Assembly: GCA_951406725.2 (NCBI GenBank)
Contig: OX597831.1
Span: 50,964,001-51,028,000 of the forward strand
Length of the DNA stretch: 64,000 nucleotides
DNA from: Octopus vulgaris
Taxonomy: Eukaryota
Reading direction: 5' to 3'
Position 1 is the stretch's first letter; every line of letters starts with the position of its first letter. Under the pieces are notes generated by a model, which was not told the DNA's origin, did not search any database, and was given only the letters and a program-made list of their open reading frames with translations. A program made the translations under genes and the position numbers. Positions 40,419 to 53,995 of the stretch are shown piece by piece.

Positions 40419-40984
40419 CGTGCGTGCGGGCGTGTATCTTTTGCAAATCCTTACATATTGGACAGTGTGGCCGCCGTCCAGGCGACTGACTTACTGAACA
40501 TCTACGAGGTGTCCCCTTCCAGTAAAAAAAAATGCTCCTCATGCCTGCCGTCTCTGCTCAAATAACCGCTTCGCCCAAAAACACACGGTGTTTGGTCTGG
40601 CTTTACATCATGGATCTATTACGAACAGTCTTCGCAAGGACCACCGACACACTTTTTCATTACTGCCGTTTATATACAGTATAATAATATATATATGTAT
40701 ATCTATGCATGTATGCATGCATGTATATGTTTGTCAGTAGTTCATATGTCCGAGGAGAAGCACACTTTAAAACATTAGAACAATAAAATTCAGATGGTTG
40801 CTTATCATGGCCGGACAGAGAATGACCGTTGGTTTCGCACCTATAAAGCACTTAACTGTATAAGCGACTCGTCAAACACGTGGTCCGGAGATACTTATGC
40901 TCTCTAAGCGAGAGGGAGATATACGTCATGATCAGTTGCATTTTGTAAACAAAAACTTCCAGCCGCAGGAGTGACTGTGTGGCG

Positions 40985-41385
40985 GGCGCAGGAGTGGTTG
41001 TGTGGTATGTAGCTTGTTTACCAACCACATGGTTCCGGGTTCAGTCCCACTGCGTGGCACCTTGGACAAGTGTCTTCTACTATGGCCTCGGGCCGACCAA
41101 AGCCTTGTGAGTGGATTTTGTAGGCGGAAACTGAAAGAAGCCCGTCGTATATATGTATATATATGTGTGCGTGTATGTTTGTGTTTGTCCTCCTAGCATT
41201 GCTTGACAACCGATGCTGGTGTGTTTATGTCCCCGTAACTTAGCGGTTCGGCATAAGAGACCGATAGAATAAGTACTGAGCTTACAAAGAATAAGTCCCG
41301 GGGTCGAGTTGCTCGATTAAAGGTGGTGCTCCAGCTAGGCCGCAGTCAAATGACTGAAACAAGTAAAAGAGTAAAAGAGTAAGAG
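40985..41385 (+). mobile_element. SINE family A, full length, with partially duplicated head
   Basis: CGCAGGAGTGACTGTGTGG precedes the true head; (AAAAGAGT)n tail. Confidence 0.93.
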
Positions 41386-41449
41386 AATGAAATTCTACTG
41401 CAAATAAACGTGGGCAAGTTGAAGCTAACCCCTTAAATAGGTTCCATTG

Positions 41450-41850
41450 CATTTAAAACGGGTTAATGCATAGTCGACTTCTTTTCCCGAATCGGCAAGC
41501 GAGGAATTCCACGTTTTCAACATGAATATCCTCTGATAAGGGCACCAACTAAACATCCTTTTTTTTTTTAGTTTAAGTGTTTCGAGATTCTTGCTCTCTC
41601 GCCAAACAAAGCTTATATCGTTTACTCCTGCTGAGGTATGATCCCCGTTATTATAGGAACCTCTATTTAATCAGGTATGGTGTATCCTCTTTACTTAAAC
41701 ACCATAGTAAATGGGCAGGGATGTTATGTTACACCTCAATGGTATCCTAAAGGAGGAATTGCGACTTTAAGACGATAGTTGAACGGATCCTTGTAGGTCC
41801 GACATATTTCTCTGTCTTTTCCCTTACGTTGGTGGTGTTATATGGTCGCA
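41450..41850 (-). pseudogene. Heavily decayed PLE GIY-YIG fragment
   Basis: Across frameshifts: EKYVGPT/KDPFNYRLK/RNSSFRIPLRCNITSLPIY/LWCLSKEDTPYLIK*, fitting YxGxT..F..R...SSFR....TxL..Y.W.L.....Y.IKW. Confidence 0.6.
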
Positions 41851-42339
41851 GGGTTTTTTGACGCCAGCCTGAAATTTTCATTATCTTTAACGAGTTTCCA
41901 AAGACAAATTCTTCCTTTCTTTCTCATCTTTTATTGCCTACCTTGTCCTCTTTGAATACATATATAATTATGATAGCAATCATGAAATTTTATTGTCTCT
42001 GATCTCTGCAATAAGTATATCGCTGACAGCTCTTTAAATTTCAACAGTTCTTCAAATGTACAAAACGGGTCGATTTAATTCTCTTCTGCTACCTATGTTT
42101 AAAATCATCTAATGACAGCGGATTTTTTAATTTTTTCATGATGTAATCGTAGTAATTGTAGTATTCATCAATAAGTAAAAGGTGCTGAAACAGCTGTTGC
42201 TAAATTTTAAATCTAAAAACTTTTTATCGTTATTTATATCTTTTTTATGAATTTTATATATCTTTATATTTTTATATATATCTTAAGTTTTTTTTTTGCA
42301 TACCTTATATCTCTTGATAATTTTGATTTTTTTCAAATT

Positions 42340-42720
42340 TCTATATCTGAACACATTTCTTTTTATATCTTAAGTACCTTTTAATTATTTACCTTATCTT
42401 TAATATTTAATATTTCTATATCTGAACACATTTCTTTTTATATTTTAAGTACCTTTTAATTATTTACCTTATCTTTAATATTTAATATTTCTTATCGCTA
42501 CCTTCCCGTAATTGTTGCATATGATGTAAACTCTTTTCACTTTTATTCTTATTGATATCTCTTTTATATAAACTTTATATATCCTCATATTTTTTATATA
42601 TCTTAATATTTCTTTAAAATTTCTATTTTTTTATTTTATATCTTAATACATTTCTTCTTTATAATTTTAAGTACCTTTTAAATTTTTACCTTATATCTAG
42701 TATTTAATTTTTCTTATCGT
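42340..42720. repeat. AT-rich tandem repeat, ~75 bp unit
   Basis: TTTCTATATCTGAA...TAAGTACCTTTTAATTATTTACCTTATCTTTAATATTTAATA twice plus a diverged third copy. Confidence 0.8.
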
Positions 42721-43699
42721 TATAATATCATATCTCTGCTATCTTATAGTAGGCTGTTTTATTCCCTTTCAATGATTCCCAATCATGGTTTAGGGCTTTG
42801 CCCCCGTAACCTTTATTCCATTATCCTTCAAAGCTTTTTTCTTTCTAGTAACGGTTGGGTTGGCTTTCTTCTTTTTTTTTCCTTTATCCTCTTCTCTCCA
42901 TCCCCTGCTGCCCTATTATTTCCCCCTGCCTTGTCTGGTAGTAGAGATAAAAGCTTGTGAATGGGTTCCATCACAAATAACTAGGTTGATCTAAACACAA
43001 ATCATTTTCTTACAACTTACCTGTAGACAATAAGCAACTCCTTGATAGATAGATAAATTCCAGACAAACGGTGCCACGGCTTTCTCTGTTGTTAGAAATG
43101 AGGATAATTGGGTCACTAGAGGTCGCTTATTTCTCCCCCACCAGTAAAAACCCTACTAACCTCTACATTTCTCTGATCTGACTAAATGTACATTATTTTG
43201 GTAAATCCATTCTGTCAAATGAAATAGTAGCAGAATCAGTGGAAATGTTTTGCTCTGTGGATTTTAAAATATGTTAATCATTTGGAATGTCCTTGATTGT
43301 AAAGTTCAGGTATTCCTCTGAAGAAAATGGTTTCTTTATAATGAGATAATGTTCTCATTAATCAATTACAGGAGTCGTTAGAAACGGCCGTAATGAATTG
43401 ACACCTGTCCTTCAATTGTTATTTGTGTGTGTGTGTACGTGTGTGTGTGTACGTGTGTGTGTGTACGTGTGTGTATGTGTCTGTGTCTGTGTGTGTATGG
43501 ATATACATACCGACATATTTATACATGTATATACATACATATAGATAGATAGATATACACATAGACAGCGAGTAGTCCCTACATGTACGTGCGTATGTAT
43601 TTGTGTATGTGTGCGTGTGTGCGTGCGTGCGTGCGTGCGTGCGTGTGTGAAATTCAGTAAATTCCGTTATTTTTCTTTTCAATATTTTTTCCACTTTGA

Positions 43700-43915
43700 G
43701 ACGTCGAACTGGCAGAAACGTTAGCACACCGGGCGAAATGCTTAGCGATATTTCGTCTGTCTTTACGGTCTGAGTTCAAATTCCGCCGTGGTCGACTTTG
43801 CCTTTCATCCTTTCGGGGTCGATAAATTAAGTACCACTTGCGTACTGAGGTCGATCTAATCGACTGGCCCCCTCCCCAAAAATTTCGGGCCTTGTGCCTA
43901 GAGTAGAAAAGAATA
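43700..43915 (+). mobile_element. SINE family B
   Basis: Head, core and CCCAAAAATTTCGGGCCTTGTGCCTAGAGTAGAAAAG tail. Confidence 0.92.
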
Positions 43916-44295
43916 TACTCGAAAATGATAAGTCAGTTTAAATAATGGTAGTAGCCATCATGTAAAAACAATACATATAAAATGTACAATGCATTGGCAA
44001 TTAATTAATTTAATTAACCTTAGTAACTTATATATTATAAATTGGTAATCAAGACAGTTTAATCAATTTTAATAGTTATCCCTCATGAACAATGTTTAAT
44101 GTATATATTGTGTAACATCTAAGGGAGTTACACTCTTTAAGTAAGTTGTATATTCTAGCAGAGGTGAAGGTGGGGGTATGGTCGTCTATACATCGCCAAC
44201 GTCTCGGACAAGTTTACCTCACGCACATACACACATAGAAATATATAGAAATATAAATACGTACATACACACATATATATATATATACACACATA

Positions 44296-44350
<55 letters not shown>

Positions 44351-44384
44351 ATATATGTATGTATGTATGTATGTATATGTATAT

Positions 44385-44797
44385 TACTCTTTTAGTCTTT
44401 TACTTGTTTCAGTCATTTGACTGCGGCCATGCTGGATCACCGCCTTTAGTCGAGCAACTCGACCCCGGGACTTATTCTTTGTAAGCCCAGTACTTATTTT
44501 ATCGGTCTCTTTTGCCGAACCGCTAAGTGACGGGGACGTAAACACACCAGCATCGGTTGTCAAGCAATGCTAGGGGGACAAACACAGACACACAAACATA
44601 TACACACACACTTATATATATTTACATATATACGACAGGATTCTTTCAGTTTCCGTCTACCAAATCCACCTACAAGGCATTTGTCGGCCCGGGGCTATAG
44701 CAGAAGACACTTGCCCAAGATGCCACACAGTGGGACTGAACCCGGAACCATGTGGTTGGTTAGCAAGCTACTTACCACACAGCCACTCCTGCGCCTA
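44385..44797 (-). mobile_element. SINE family A, full length
   Basis: Reverse complement match. Confidence 0.93.
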
Positions 44798-45256
44798 TAT
44801 GTATATATAAAATGATACTCTCCTGTATCTCCTGTTTCCATCACTTGCAATGCTTACGTAAGTGCTGACGTAAGAAAAATCAAACAAACTGTAAAAGAAA
44901 ATTCTATCTGAAATCATATTAATGCTTCACAAATGTATTGCATTTGAAGAATCACAGAAAACGTTCTTCGTCCACCGAGAACACATCATTGATCCACTCA
45001 CAGAACCACGACACATTATTGAACCGTGGTATGTCTTTAATCTTTTACTTGCTTCAGTCATTGGACTTCGACCTTACTGTAGAACTGCCTTGAACGATTT
45101 AAGCGAACAAATCGACTCTAGTACTGGTTTTTCTAAGTCTGGTACTTACTCTATCGATATCTATTGTCGAACCGTTCATTTACAAGGACACAAACTTAAG
45201 CCGGTTGTCAAGAGGTGGTGGTGTTTCAACACAAGCACAGATACACACACACACAC

Positions 45257-45660
45257 GTGGTAAGTAGCTTGCTAACCGACCACATGGTTCCGGGTTCAGT
45301 CCCACTGCGTAGCGTCTTGGGCAAGTGTCTTCTGCTATAGCCCCGGGCTGACCAATGCCTTGTGAGTGGATTTGGTAGACGGAAACTGAAAGAAGCCTGT
45401 CGTATATATGTATATATACGTATATATGTGTATGTGTGTGTGTTTTTGTGTGTGTGTTTGTCCCCCTAGCATTGCTTGACAACCGATGCTGGTGTGTTTA
45501 CGTCCCCGTCACTTAGCGGTTCGGCAAAAGAGACCGATAGAATAAGTACTGGGCTTACAAAGAATAAGTCCCGGGGTCGATTTGCTCGACTAAAAGGCGG
45601 TGCTCCAGCATGGCCGCAGTCAAATGACTGAAACAAGTAAAAGAGTAAAAGAGTAAAAGA
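45257..45660 (+). mobile_element. SINE family A
   Basis: Near-consensus copy lacking the first ~15 nt. Confidence 0.93.
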
Positions 45661-46440
45661 ATATATATATATATATAATGTTCAATGATGTGATTGCAGT
45701 CTGTAAGTGGAGTAATGAGGTGTGCTTGTTGGATGATGAACGTTTTCTGTGATTTTCCAAAGGAAATTCATTTCTGAGCCATTGAGTAGTTAATAGGTTT
45801 TAGATAGACTTTTGTTATACAGTTTGCTTAAATTTTACTTACGTAAGCACGTAAGCATTGCAAGTAACGTAATGGGAGATACGTGATAGTATCATTATAG
45901 GAAAGAAATAATTTGTGTGGGAAGTAAATTTATCCGAGATGCTGACGATGTATAGCCTGTCATATCCCACCTTCACCTCCGCTAGAATACACAACTCACT
46001 TAAAGAATAAAACTTTCTTCGATGATACACAAGAGATACATTAAACATTGTTTATGACGGATAATTATTAAGATTAATTAATCTGTCTTAATTACCGATT
46101 TATGACATATTTTAGAAACATAGGCTACTAAGGGTAATTAAACTAGGTAATTGCCCTTTTATTATACATTTTATTTGTATTGCGATTATTTAAACTGACT
46201 TATCATTTTCTAGTACATTATATAATTAAGTAAACTAGAGTGTTATTCGTCATATGACAGGTAACTGGGGAAATACACTTTTCCTTGAAAGGATAATGTG
46301 AAGAAATATGACATACATATGATGATTATAATTTAACATTTATCAAATTTCTTGGTGCTTATACCAAATGATGAAATGAATACTAATTATCAAAAGAAAG
46401 AAAACAGAAAAATTAAAAAGATTAAAAAATAGTGGGACTT

Positions 46441-47123
46441 CTTCAGTTTGGCTCAGAGATGTTTTAGTTATTTTTTTAACTAAACAGTTTGAAATTTCGT
46501 ATACTGGTGTAATTTCTCACGCTGAATACAGTTTACTTTCAACATTTTTGACAGAGTTTCGTATTTTAGAAGTATAGTATAATTTTAACCAATCAATGAC
46601 GTGTATTCAGTTGAAGAAAGCTATTGCTCTATGCGATAGTAGTCGAAGAGTAACACCTTCCGGGTCATTTCTATTAGATGCTGAAGAGAAGCTTTCGGCC
46701 GCAAGAAAGATGATACCACCTTTATCCTTTCTAGTCAGCACCGTGCATTCCTTACTCTTGCTTTCTCTACTGGCAGACAACAACTTCTACACTATAAACT
46801 ACCAACCACTGCTACTACAATTACTGCTCTAAACAAAAATTAAATAGAACAGAGTGGTGACATTTAGTAGAAATGACCAGGAAGTTGTTGCCCTTCGATT
46901 ACTATCTCACAGTGCAGTAGCTTTCTTCAGTTGAATACACGTCATTGATTGGTTAAAATTACCTAAATACGACAACTTCAACACGAAATAACTTCTAAAA
47001 TACGAAATTTTCTCAAAAATGTTGAAAGTAATCCGTGTTCAGTGTGAGAAATTACACCAGTATACGAATTTTAAAACTGTTTAGTTAAAACAATAATTAA
47101 AAAACTTGTGAGCCAAACTGAAG
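46441..47123. mobile_element. MITE with ~240 bp TIRs
   Basis: CTTCAGTTTGGCTCA...GGTCATTTCTATTAGATG (46441-46680) mirrored at 46861-47123. Confidence 0.88.
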
Positions 47124-47286
47124 AGATCCAAATGTTGAAAAGAAAAATAACTCCGTTGATTTTATATTAAAACATTTCAGGTACACACACAAACACATAC
47201 CCACGTACACTGTCTTTCTCTCTCCTCTCTCTGTCACTTTCTTTCTCTTTCTCCCTCTCTCTTTCTTTGTATATATGTGTATAGCC

Positions 47287-47317
<31 letters not shown>

Positions 47318-47381
47318 TGTATGTATGTATGTATGTATGTATGTATGTATGTATGAATGTATGCATGCATATGAATATATT

Positions 47382-47416
<35 letters not shown>

Positions 47417-47513
47417 TTATATGAATATATATACATGTACGTATATATGTAGATACATATACATATAAAGTATATATATATCACGCATCCATTTCTAAGT
47501 AAGTTTGTTCTTA

Positions 47514-47572
<59 letters not shown>

Positions 47573-47604
47573 TGTGTGTGTGTGTCTGTGTGTGTGTGTC
47601 TGTC

Positions 47605-47668
<64 letters not shown>

Positions 47669-47703
47669 TAGCAAGAACACAAGTGGAATTTTAGAATTCA
47701 AAC

Positions 47704-48355
47704 CGACTCGTTCTGCTAACCATTAGCGAGTGTACATTTGAAGAACAATTGAAATTTAAAGGGTTGTTACCGACACACTTAAGGGATAAGAGATAATAAC
47801 ATTTCATAGACTGCCATCATAATTATATATGTACTGAATGAGTACTAGATAGGCAATAACAGATGAGAAGACATAGAAAGAAAAAATGGCGAAGGGTAGG
47901 GAAATTGTCTTGGCAAACTCATTAAAGATAATGAAAAGTTCAGGCTAGCGTCAACAGCCCTGCAACCATTTAAGTGCTTACTATAATTAGTACGTACGAT
48001 ATATATTCATCCATATATACTCATACAAATTTATGTATGAGTATATATGGATGAATATATATCGTACGTACTAATTATAGTAAGCACTTAAATGGTTGCA
48101 GGCTGTTGACGCTAGCCTGAACTTTTCATTATCTTTAATGAGTTTGCCAAGACAATTTCCTACCCTTCGCCATTTTTTCTTTCTATGTTTTCTCATCTGT
48201 TATTGCCTATCTAGTACTCATTCAGTACATATATAATTATGATGGCAGTCTATGAAATGTTATTATCTCTTATCCCTTAAGTGTGTCGGTAACAACCCTT
48301 TAAATTTCAATTGTTCTTCAAATGTACACTCGCTAATGGTTGGCAGAACGAGTCG
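47704..48355. repeat. Near-perfect 652 bp palindrome
   Basis: Arms 47704-48027 and 48034-48355 with 6-nt loop AATTTA; about 2 substitutions and 2 single-base indels seen. Confidence 0.95.
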
Positions 48356-48660
48356 TGATATCACGTGACCGACCAGACCATCAGATGTTGTTACACATCG
48401 CTGGTCACAATGCGTTCGCATTGTTTTAGCCTTCGAATGACGCCACCCCGCTGGCTAAGCGAGCAGGCCAACAGTAGAAAGAGTGGGAGAAACAGTGGTG
48501 AAAGAGTACAACAGGGATCACCACCACCCCGCCGGAGCGTCGTGGAGCTTTTAGGTATTTTCGCTCAATAAACACTCACAATGCCCGGTCTGGGAATCGA
48601 AACCGCGATCCTGCGACCGCGAGTCCGCTGCCCTAACCACTGGGCCATTGCGCCTCTACC
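48356..48660 (-). mobile_element. SINE family C, full length
   Basis: tRNA-like head GAGGCGCAATGGCCCAGTGGTTAGGG...GGTTTCGATTCCC; tail ...CAACATCTGATGGTCTGGTCGGTCACGTGATA. Confidence 0.88.
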
Positions 48661-48981
48661 GTGGTCACGTGATATACTCATACAAATTTAAACAACATTT
48701 TATGCTATACAATCCCATAAATAGAAATATATACACTCAAAAGTCCATATATATATATACATACGCATGTAGGTGAGTATACATGCCTATGCATACATAG
48801 ACAACGACACAAACAGTGAGACCAAGAAATGTACACACACACACACACTTTTATATATATATGCACACGCATATATATACATACATTCATATAAACTGAC
48901 AGGCATGCATACAGACATACATACGCAGACACGCATATACAAACATATACATCCAAACAAGAACGTATGTACATACATACA

Positions 48982-49022
<41 letters not shown>

Positions 49023-49024
49023 AT

Positions 49025-49216
49025 CTTTTATTCTTTTATTTGTTTCAGTCATTTAACTGCTGCCATGCTGAAGCACCACCTTTAGTCGAAGAAATCGACC
49101 CCAGGACTTATTCTTTGTAAGCCTAGTGCTTATTCTATCGGTCTCTTTTGCCGAACATACCAACATCGGTTGTTAAGCGATGGTGGAGGGACAAACAAGG
49201 ACACACAAATATATAT

Positions 49217-49249
<33 letters not shown>

Positions 49250-49402
49250 CACGACAGGTTTCTTTCAGTTTCCGTCTACCAAATCCACTCACAAGGCTTT
49301 GGTCAGCCCGAGGCTGTAGTACAAGACACATGCCCAAGGTGCCACGCAGTAGGACTGAACCCAGGACTATGTGGTTGGTAAGCAAGCTACTTACCACACA
49401 GT
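49025..49402 (-). mobile_element. SINE family A
   Basis: Reverse complement match with a small internal deletion. Confidence 0.9.
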
Positions 49403-49608
49403 CCGTTCAAAGAACAAACAAAAACAGATAAAAAAAGAAAGACGAACGTGAGGACATGCACAAGAAATATATTAACTTGACGCTTTGTGAACGGAGAGAG
49501 TTGTTAACGTTTCGAGCATAGTTCTTCGTCGGAAAGAATAAAGATGGACAAACAATTTCAGATCGCTTGAATTCATTTATAAGAAATGTGACACGTACGT
49601 ATTTATAA

Positions 49609-49910
49609 TACAAAATGAAGATAGACGTTTGCAGCTGTTTCAGAAATGCGGTGACTAGTGAATACTATAATTTTATGCATACAGATGTATAAATGCCAGA
49701 ACTTTCCACTCATCCTTCTGACGGAAATATTCAACGTTTCCAGCTCAATGCGATTTACGTATCGTTCATCATACGAGTTGATAATATTGTTGCTATTTGT
49801 TATGTATAATTATTAGTTCATTATGAAGACTGTTTGAATAATATGCATTATAACATCAACCAGACAGCCCATCTTAGAAACAGCTGTACAGTTATATCTT
49901 CATTTTGTAA
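49609..49910. repeat. Inverted-repeat insert carrying GAAACAGCTG motifs in both arms
   Basis: TACAAAATGAAGATA..TGCAGCTGTTTC mirrored by GAAACAGCTGTA..TATCTTCATTTTGTA; the 3' half of a PLE-type hammerhead, 5' half decayed. Confidence 0.55.
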
Positions 49911-50477
49911 TATGAATAAGTATATATAATATCTCATATAGATAAATTTTTGCCTTCTACATTTGTTGTCCTTTTCTCTTTTTGTTAATCTTTCAAGCTA
50001 TGTATTTTTTTATAACCAACTCTTGATCTGCTGGACTTTCTCTGATTAGGAAGTTGGAATTTAAGAATATGACCAGTCCGATAAGTACTGACGCTGTGCT
50101 TAATTATTCTACAATAATGCTAACGTCTTCTCACTTACTGTACATTTATATCTCGCCAACTATATATCATATTTAATGTATCTACACCGTTGATAGGGTA
50201 ATCTTTGCGATATTTTCCCCGAGATAACAACTCTGATGGACGCATTGTGTTAGAGACACAATAAGTATCGAAGATGAGAGACGAAAAGTTGCGATTAAGT
50301 TCACAATTGTTTCGCTAGAAATTTATTAACGCCATCAAAACGGGTTACATCATATGACGTAGATTTCCAGTTCTTCAGGCGTTATATAAATGTAGGCAAC
50401 TATTTCTTCGCTCACCAGCTTTCTCCTGTCATATACGTTGATGTGCCTTGCTTTTTATGAATCCATTGACGTAAATA

Positions 50478-50666
50478 TGGGGGTGGCTCAAAAGTTCCTG
50501 GCTTTGGGTAAAAGAAAATGCAGGAGGATCAGTTAATTATGATTTTTTTTTCGGATTTACACTTATTGCAGCGGTCCTTCATTTTTTCTTAGCCCTGTAA
50601 AAGAACTCGGAAGAGCCAAGCCTTTCAGGACACCCTAAAAGCCAGGAATTTTTCAGCATACCCTCG
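50478..50666. mobile_element. Mariner-derived MITE
   Basis: TA-flanked TIRs ...AAAAGTTCCTGGCTTT / AAAGCCAGGAATTTTTCAGCATACCCTCG; second copy at 57354-57570. Confidence 0.85.
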
Positions 50667-51670
50667 TATATTGAATATGGACGATGTGTAAGTTTCAATG
50701 ATAGCAGACGAATTACTGATGATAACATAAGAACTGCCAGTCTTTCGATCGACAGTCCAACACAACACACTCTCAGTTGTAGCATTGAATCTACTTCATA
50801 CAATCCGTTTCTCTCAAATGAATTAATAGAAATAAGTGGAAGGAATGGCCATTTTGCAGCCGGTGTATTCTGTCTAGCCGGTTAAACACTGATTAAATAA
50901 CATACAAAATATACAGGGGGAAAAAAGTTTATAATCGCCTTGCAAATGGTTCAACGCTCTCAAATCAATAGTATGACAAATAACGATGGATTATTCTTCG
51001 TGATTGGCAACAAAAGAAACAGATTTATAATCCAAGTAAGGTGGTATTGTTCTGATACTTGATCGTTTCGTATGCTAACATTTGATGTGAAAGCAGTAAA
51101 GTCAGGTTGTAATATGTGTCTAAAATTCTACACAACAGTTAGGTATATATAAATTCTTTTACTTTTTAATTCTTTTATTGATCTCAGTCATTGAATTGGA
51201 ATGTGGTCGTGATAAAGACACGGCCTTTAAGGAGTTCATTTTTATTCTCTTTGACTGTCCTATTTACCCCAGTAGTTATTTCTGAGTAGCATTTATCGAT
51301 CCATCTTTATCAAATGGGTTAGTTAACATTTTGACACAACACCAGCAAACATACAAAGGGGAACAGACACACACGAATGCATGCATATATATATATATAT
51401 GTATGTATAGTATAATGATAAAATCTATATAAGATTTTATCGAGTTGCCAGCGTGTACAACCAATTAAGAAAAAAATTAATACAAAGTATATAATCCTTT
51501 CCTTTATATATAAAATACATTATAATATCAAGGGCTATTACTATCCGTAAAAGCTACACGCTTTAATGGGACTCTAAAGTCAAACTACTATTACATATAT
51601 ATATATCTTGGTTATTAGCAACGGAAGCCATGTTTATATTTAATTTAACGGGGATAACTACTTTACGATC

Positions 51671-51970
51671 GCCGTAAAACTGCAGTATTTATCCTGAGAA
51701 AGCATCTTGTATGGACGTTTAGTGCTAAAAAGCACACAATATCAGCAGAGGACAAAAAATGTCGAGTGCGAGATGTGGTACTAGACGAAATTTAGTTTGC
51801 ATTCGGTGATCGTGGATATCAGTAGCTAATGAAACGCGAACACGCTGAAATCACATAATTTAGGAGTTGCACCACCGGTGCCGGACATTTTTATCTATTG
51901 TTGATATTTTATGCCTATTAATACTATGCGTCTATAGAAGTTCTCAGGACGAATATCGCAGTTTTGTGGC
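51671..51970. repeat. Diverged inverted repeat (MITE-like)
   Basis: GCCGTAAAACTGCAGTATTTATCCTGAGAA versus TTCTCAGGACGAATATCGCAGTTTTGTGGC. Confidence 0.55.
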
Positions 51971-52006
51971 ACTTTTAAATAATATCTGCGTTATATATAC
52001 ATATAA

Positions 52007-52098
<92 letters not shown>

Positions 52099-52881
52099 AT
52101 ATAGATATATTTATTATGGCGGTTTTTGGTTATTCTACCTTAAGCTTTCTCTTAGGTTATATTATTTTATTTGGCTTTTCTCTGAGTAAGGGAGAATATA
52201 ATGACTCAACGTCACTTATACTAAAGTGTTATCATTATACCTAAAACCCTAACTACAGTTATAACGTCATATAGACATATACGCATGAAACGCTATATTA
52301 ATGACATGCATGTGGAATATTTTAATCGTGTCCTTTAAACCGCTATAAGAAAACATAATCAAGGATTACAGAAATGCATACTTATTTATGCTCAGTTGAA
52401 AAACAAACGTGAAGAGAAACATTTTCTTTTTAATTATTTTTATTATATAAATATAACATTTTATATTATTTACAGTAGGAAAGATAACTTTGTCGTGAAG
52501 AAGAACGACTATAAATTCATTAACTAATTTCTTCTTTCTATCTAATACATTAACCAACAAATCAAAATAGATTTATAATTAACTTAGACATGGCATACAA
52601 ATTACCGATGTCTCCAAAAGAGTGAGTGTCGTGGAGTTCAGTGACATCCAACAAACACTGAAATTTTCCCCCAAAATCCAGGGTTTTTATAACTGCTCAA
52701 ATTGACTAAAAAGAATCGAAATCCATGACAAATATTCTTTACGAAACTTTTAGAATCTTTATATGAGCAGTTATATTAACCAATGGAAAAAACGAAAATG
52801 ATAATTCTTCGGCAAAACGACATTACGTCATATTGACAATTCGCGCCACATTTCAAAATGGCTAAAATGGTTATTGCTACA

Positions 52882-52932
<51 letters not shown>

Positions 52933-52936
<4 letters not shown>

Positions 52937-53865
52937 GTTCCAGCTAAGAGCTGCGGTCATGCTGATGCACCACCGTTTTGCGCTACACTGTTATTACTAG
53001 GAGCATCCTCTAATATGTGGCACTTGATGAAGAATGGAGTTTGATATAGCTACCCTCATTTGCACCTCATGCCGTGAGGTAGGCTCATCTGGGACTCTCG
53101 ACAGGAAGAGGTCCAGCTTTGATTTAAAAAACCCTACATCTACTTTGTGGAAGTTCCTCAGACTCTTTGGGAGAATATTAAAAAGCTGTGGGCCCTTGAA
53201 ACCCAGGCTGTTGCAGTAACTGGTCCTGAAGCGTGATGGCATTACTGGGATCTTTGGCACCATGCAATGTCGTCCCGTTCTGGCATTGGTGTAGCTTTCA
53301 ATGCCAAAATTCCTTCAAAGATCTTCCAGATATATATTACTGCATACCTCTCCCGTCTTCTCTCCAGGGAGCAGAGTCTTAGCTGTTTCAACCTTTCCCA
53401 GTAGCTGAGCTGTTGCAAAGAGACGATCTTCTTAGTGAATCTTCTCTGGATTGCTTCAACGTCCGCTGTTAATCTCACACTGGTGGGTGACTATAGCTGT
53501 GAGCAGTAATCCAGGCGGCTGAGGACGAATATCCGCCAGAGGACCATCATGGTTTTCTTATCTCTGATTCTGAATGTTCTTAGGATCCATCCAGTCAGTC
53601 GTTTGCACTTTGTCGCCATCCTGGTAATGTGCACTTGGAAAGAGGTATCATCACTCATGTCGATACCCAGGTCCCTCACTGACTTAGGCTCTGGGATTGA
53701 AATTCCATGTGGACCGGTGTACCCTGAAGGTTTAATATTTAGTTTTGGATGCTGGTAGCGCATGGCGTGGAATTTTTCAGCCCATCTGTAAATTGAGTCC
53801 AACTCCTGCTGCAGGTGTGCAACATCACTGAGGTTCTGTATTTTCTGTGAGACTTTCGTATCATC

Positions 53866-53872
<7 letters not shown>
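52933..53872 (-). mobile_element. CR1-like LINE, 5'-truncated at the RT YADD motif, flanked by (TA)n
   Basis: YADDTKV...LQQELDSIYRWA...VRDLGIDMSDD...WILRTF...LDYCSQL...EAIQRRFTK...YWERLKQLRLCSLERRRER...GPQLFNILP...FKSKLD, then a short 3' UTR. Confidence 0.93.
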
Positions 53873-53918
<46 letters not shown>

Positions 53919-53941
53919 CTATATTATACTATATTATATAT

Positions 53942-53991
<50 letters not shown>

Positions 53992-53995
<4 letters not shown>

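Larger units (their letters stand above)
43916..46215. mobile_element. Old ~2.3 kb foldback element with nested SINE A copies
   Basis: 43916-44230 plus 44810-45024 mirror 45680-46215; outer ends GAAAATGATAAGTCAGTTTAAATAAT / ATTATTTAAACTGACTTATCATTTTC. Confidence 0.8.

Noticed and set aside
47731-47760. TTGAAGA ACAATT GAAA as a hammerhead in the large palindrome
   Set aside because: No stem I or stem II support.
50355-50385. CTGAAGA ACTG GAAA on the minus strand
   Set aside because: Stem II is absent and stem I is weak; compatible with chance.
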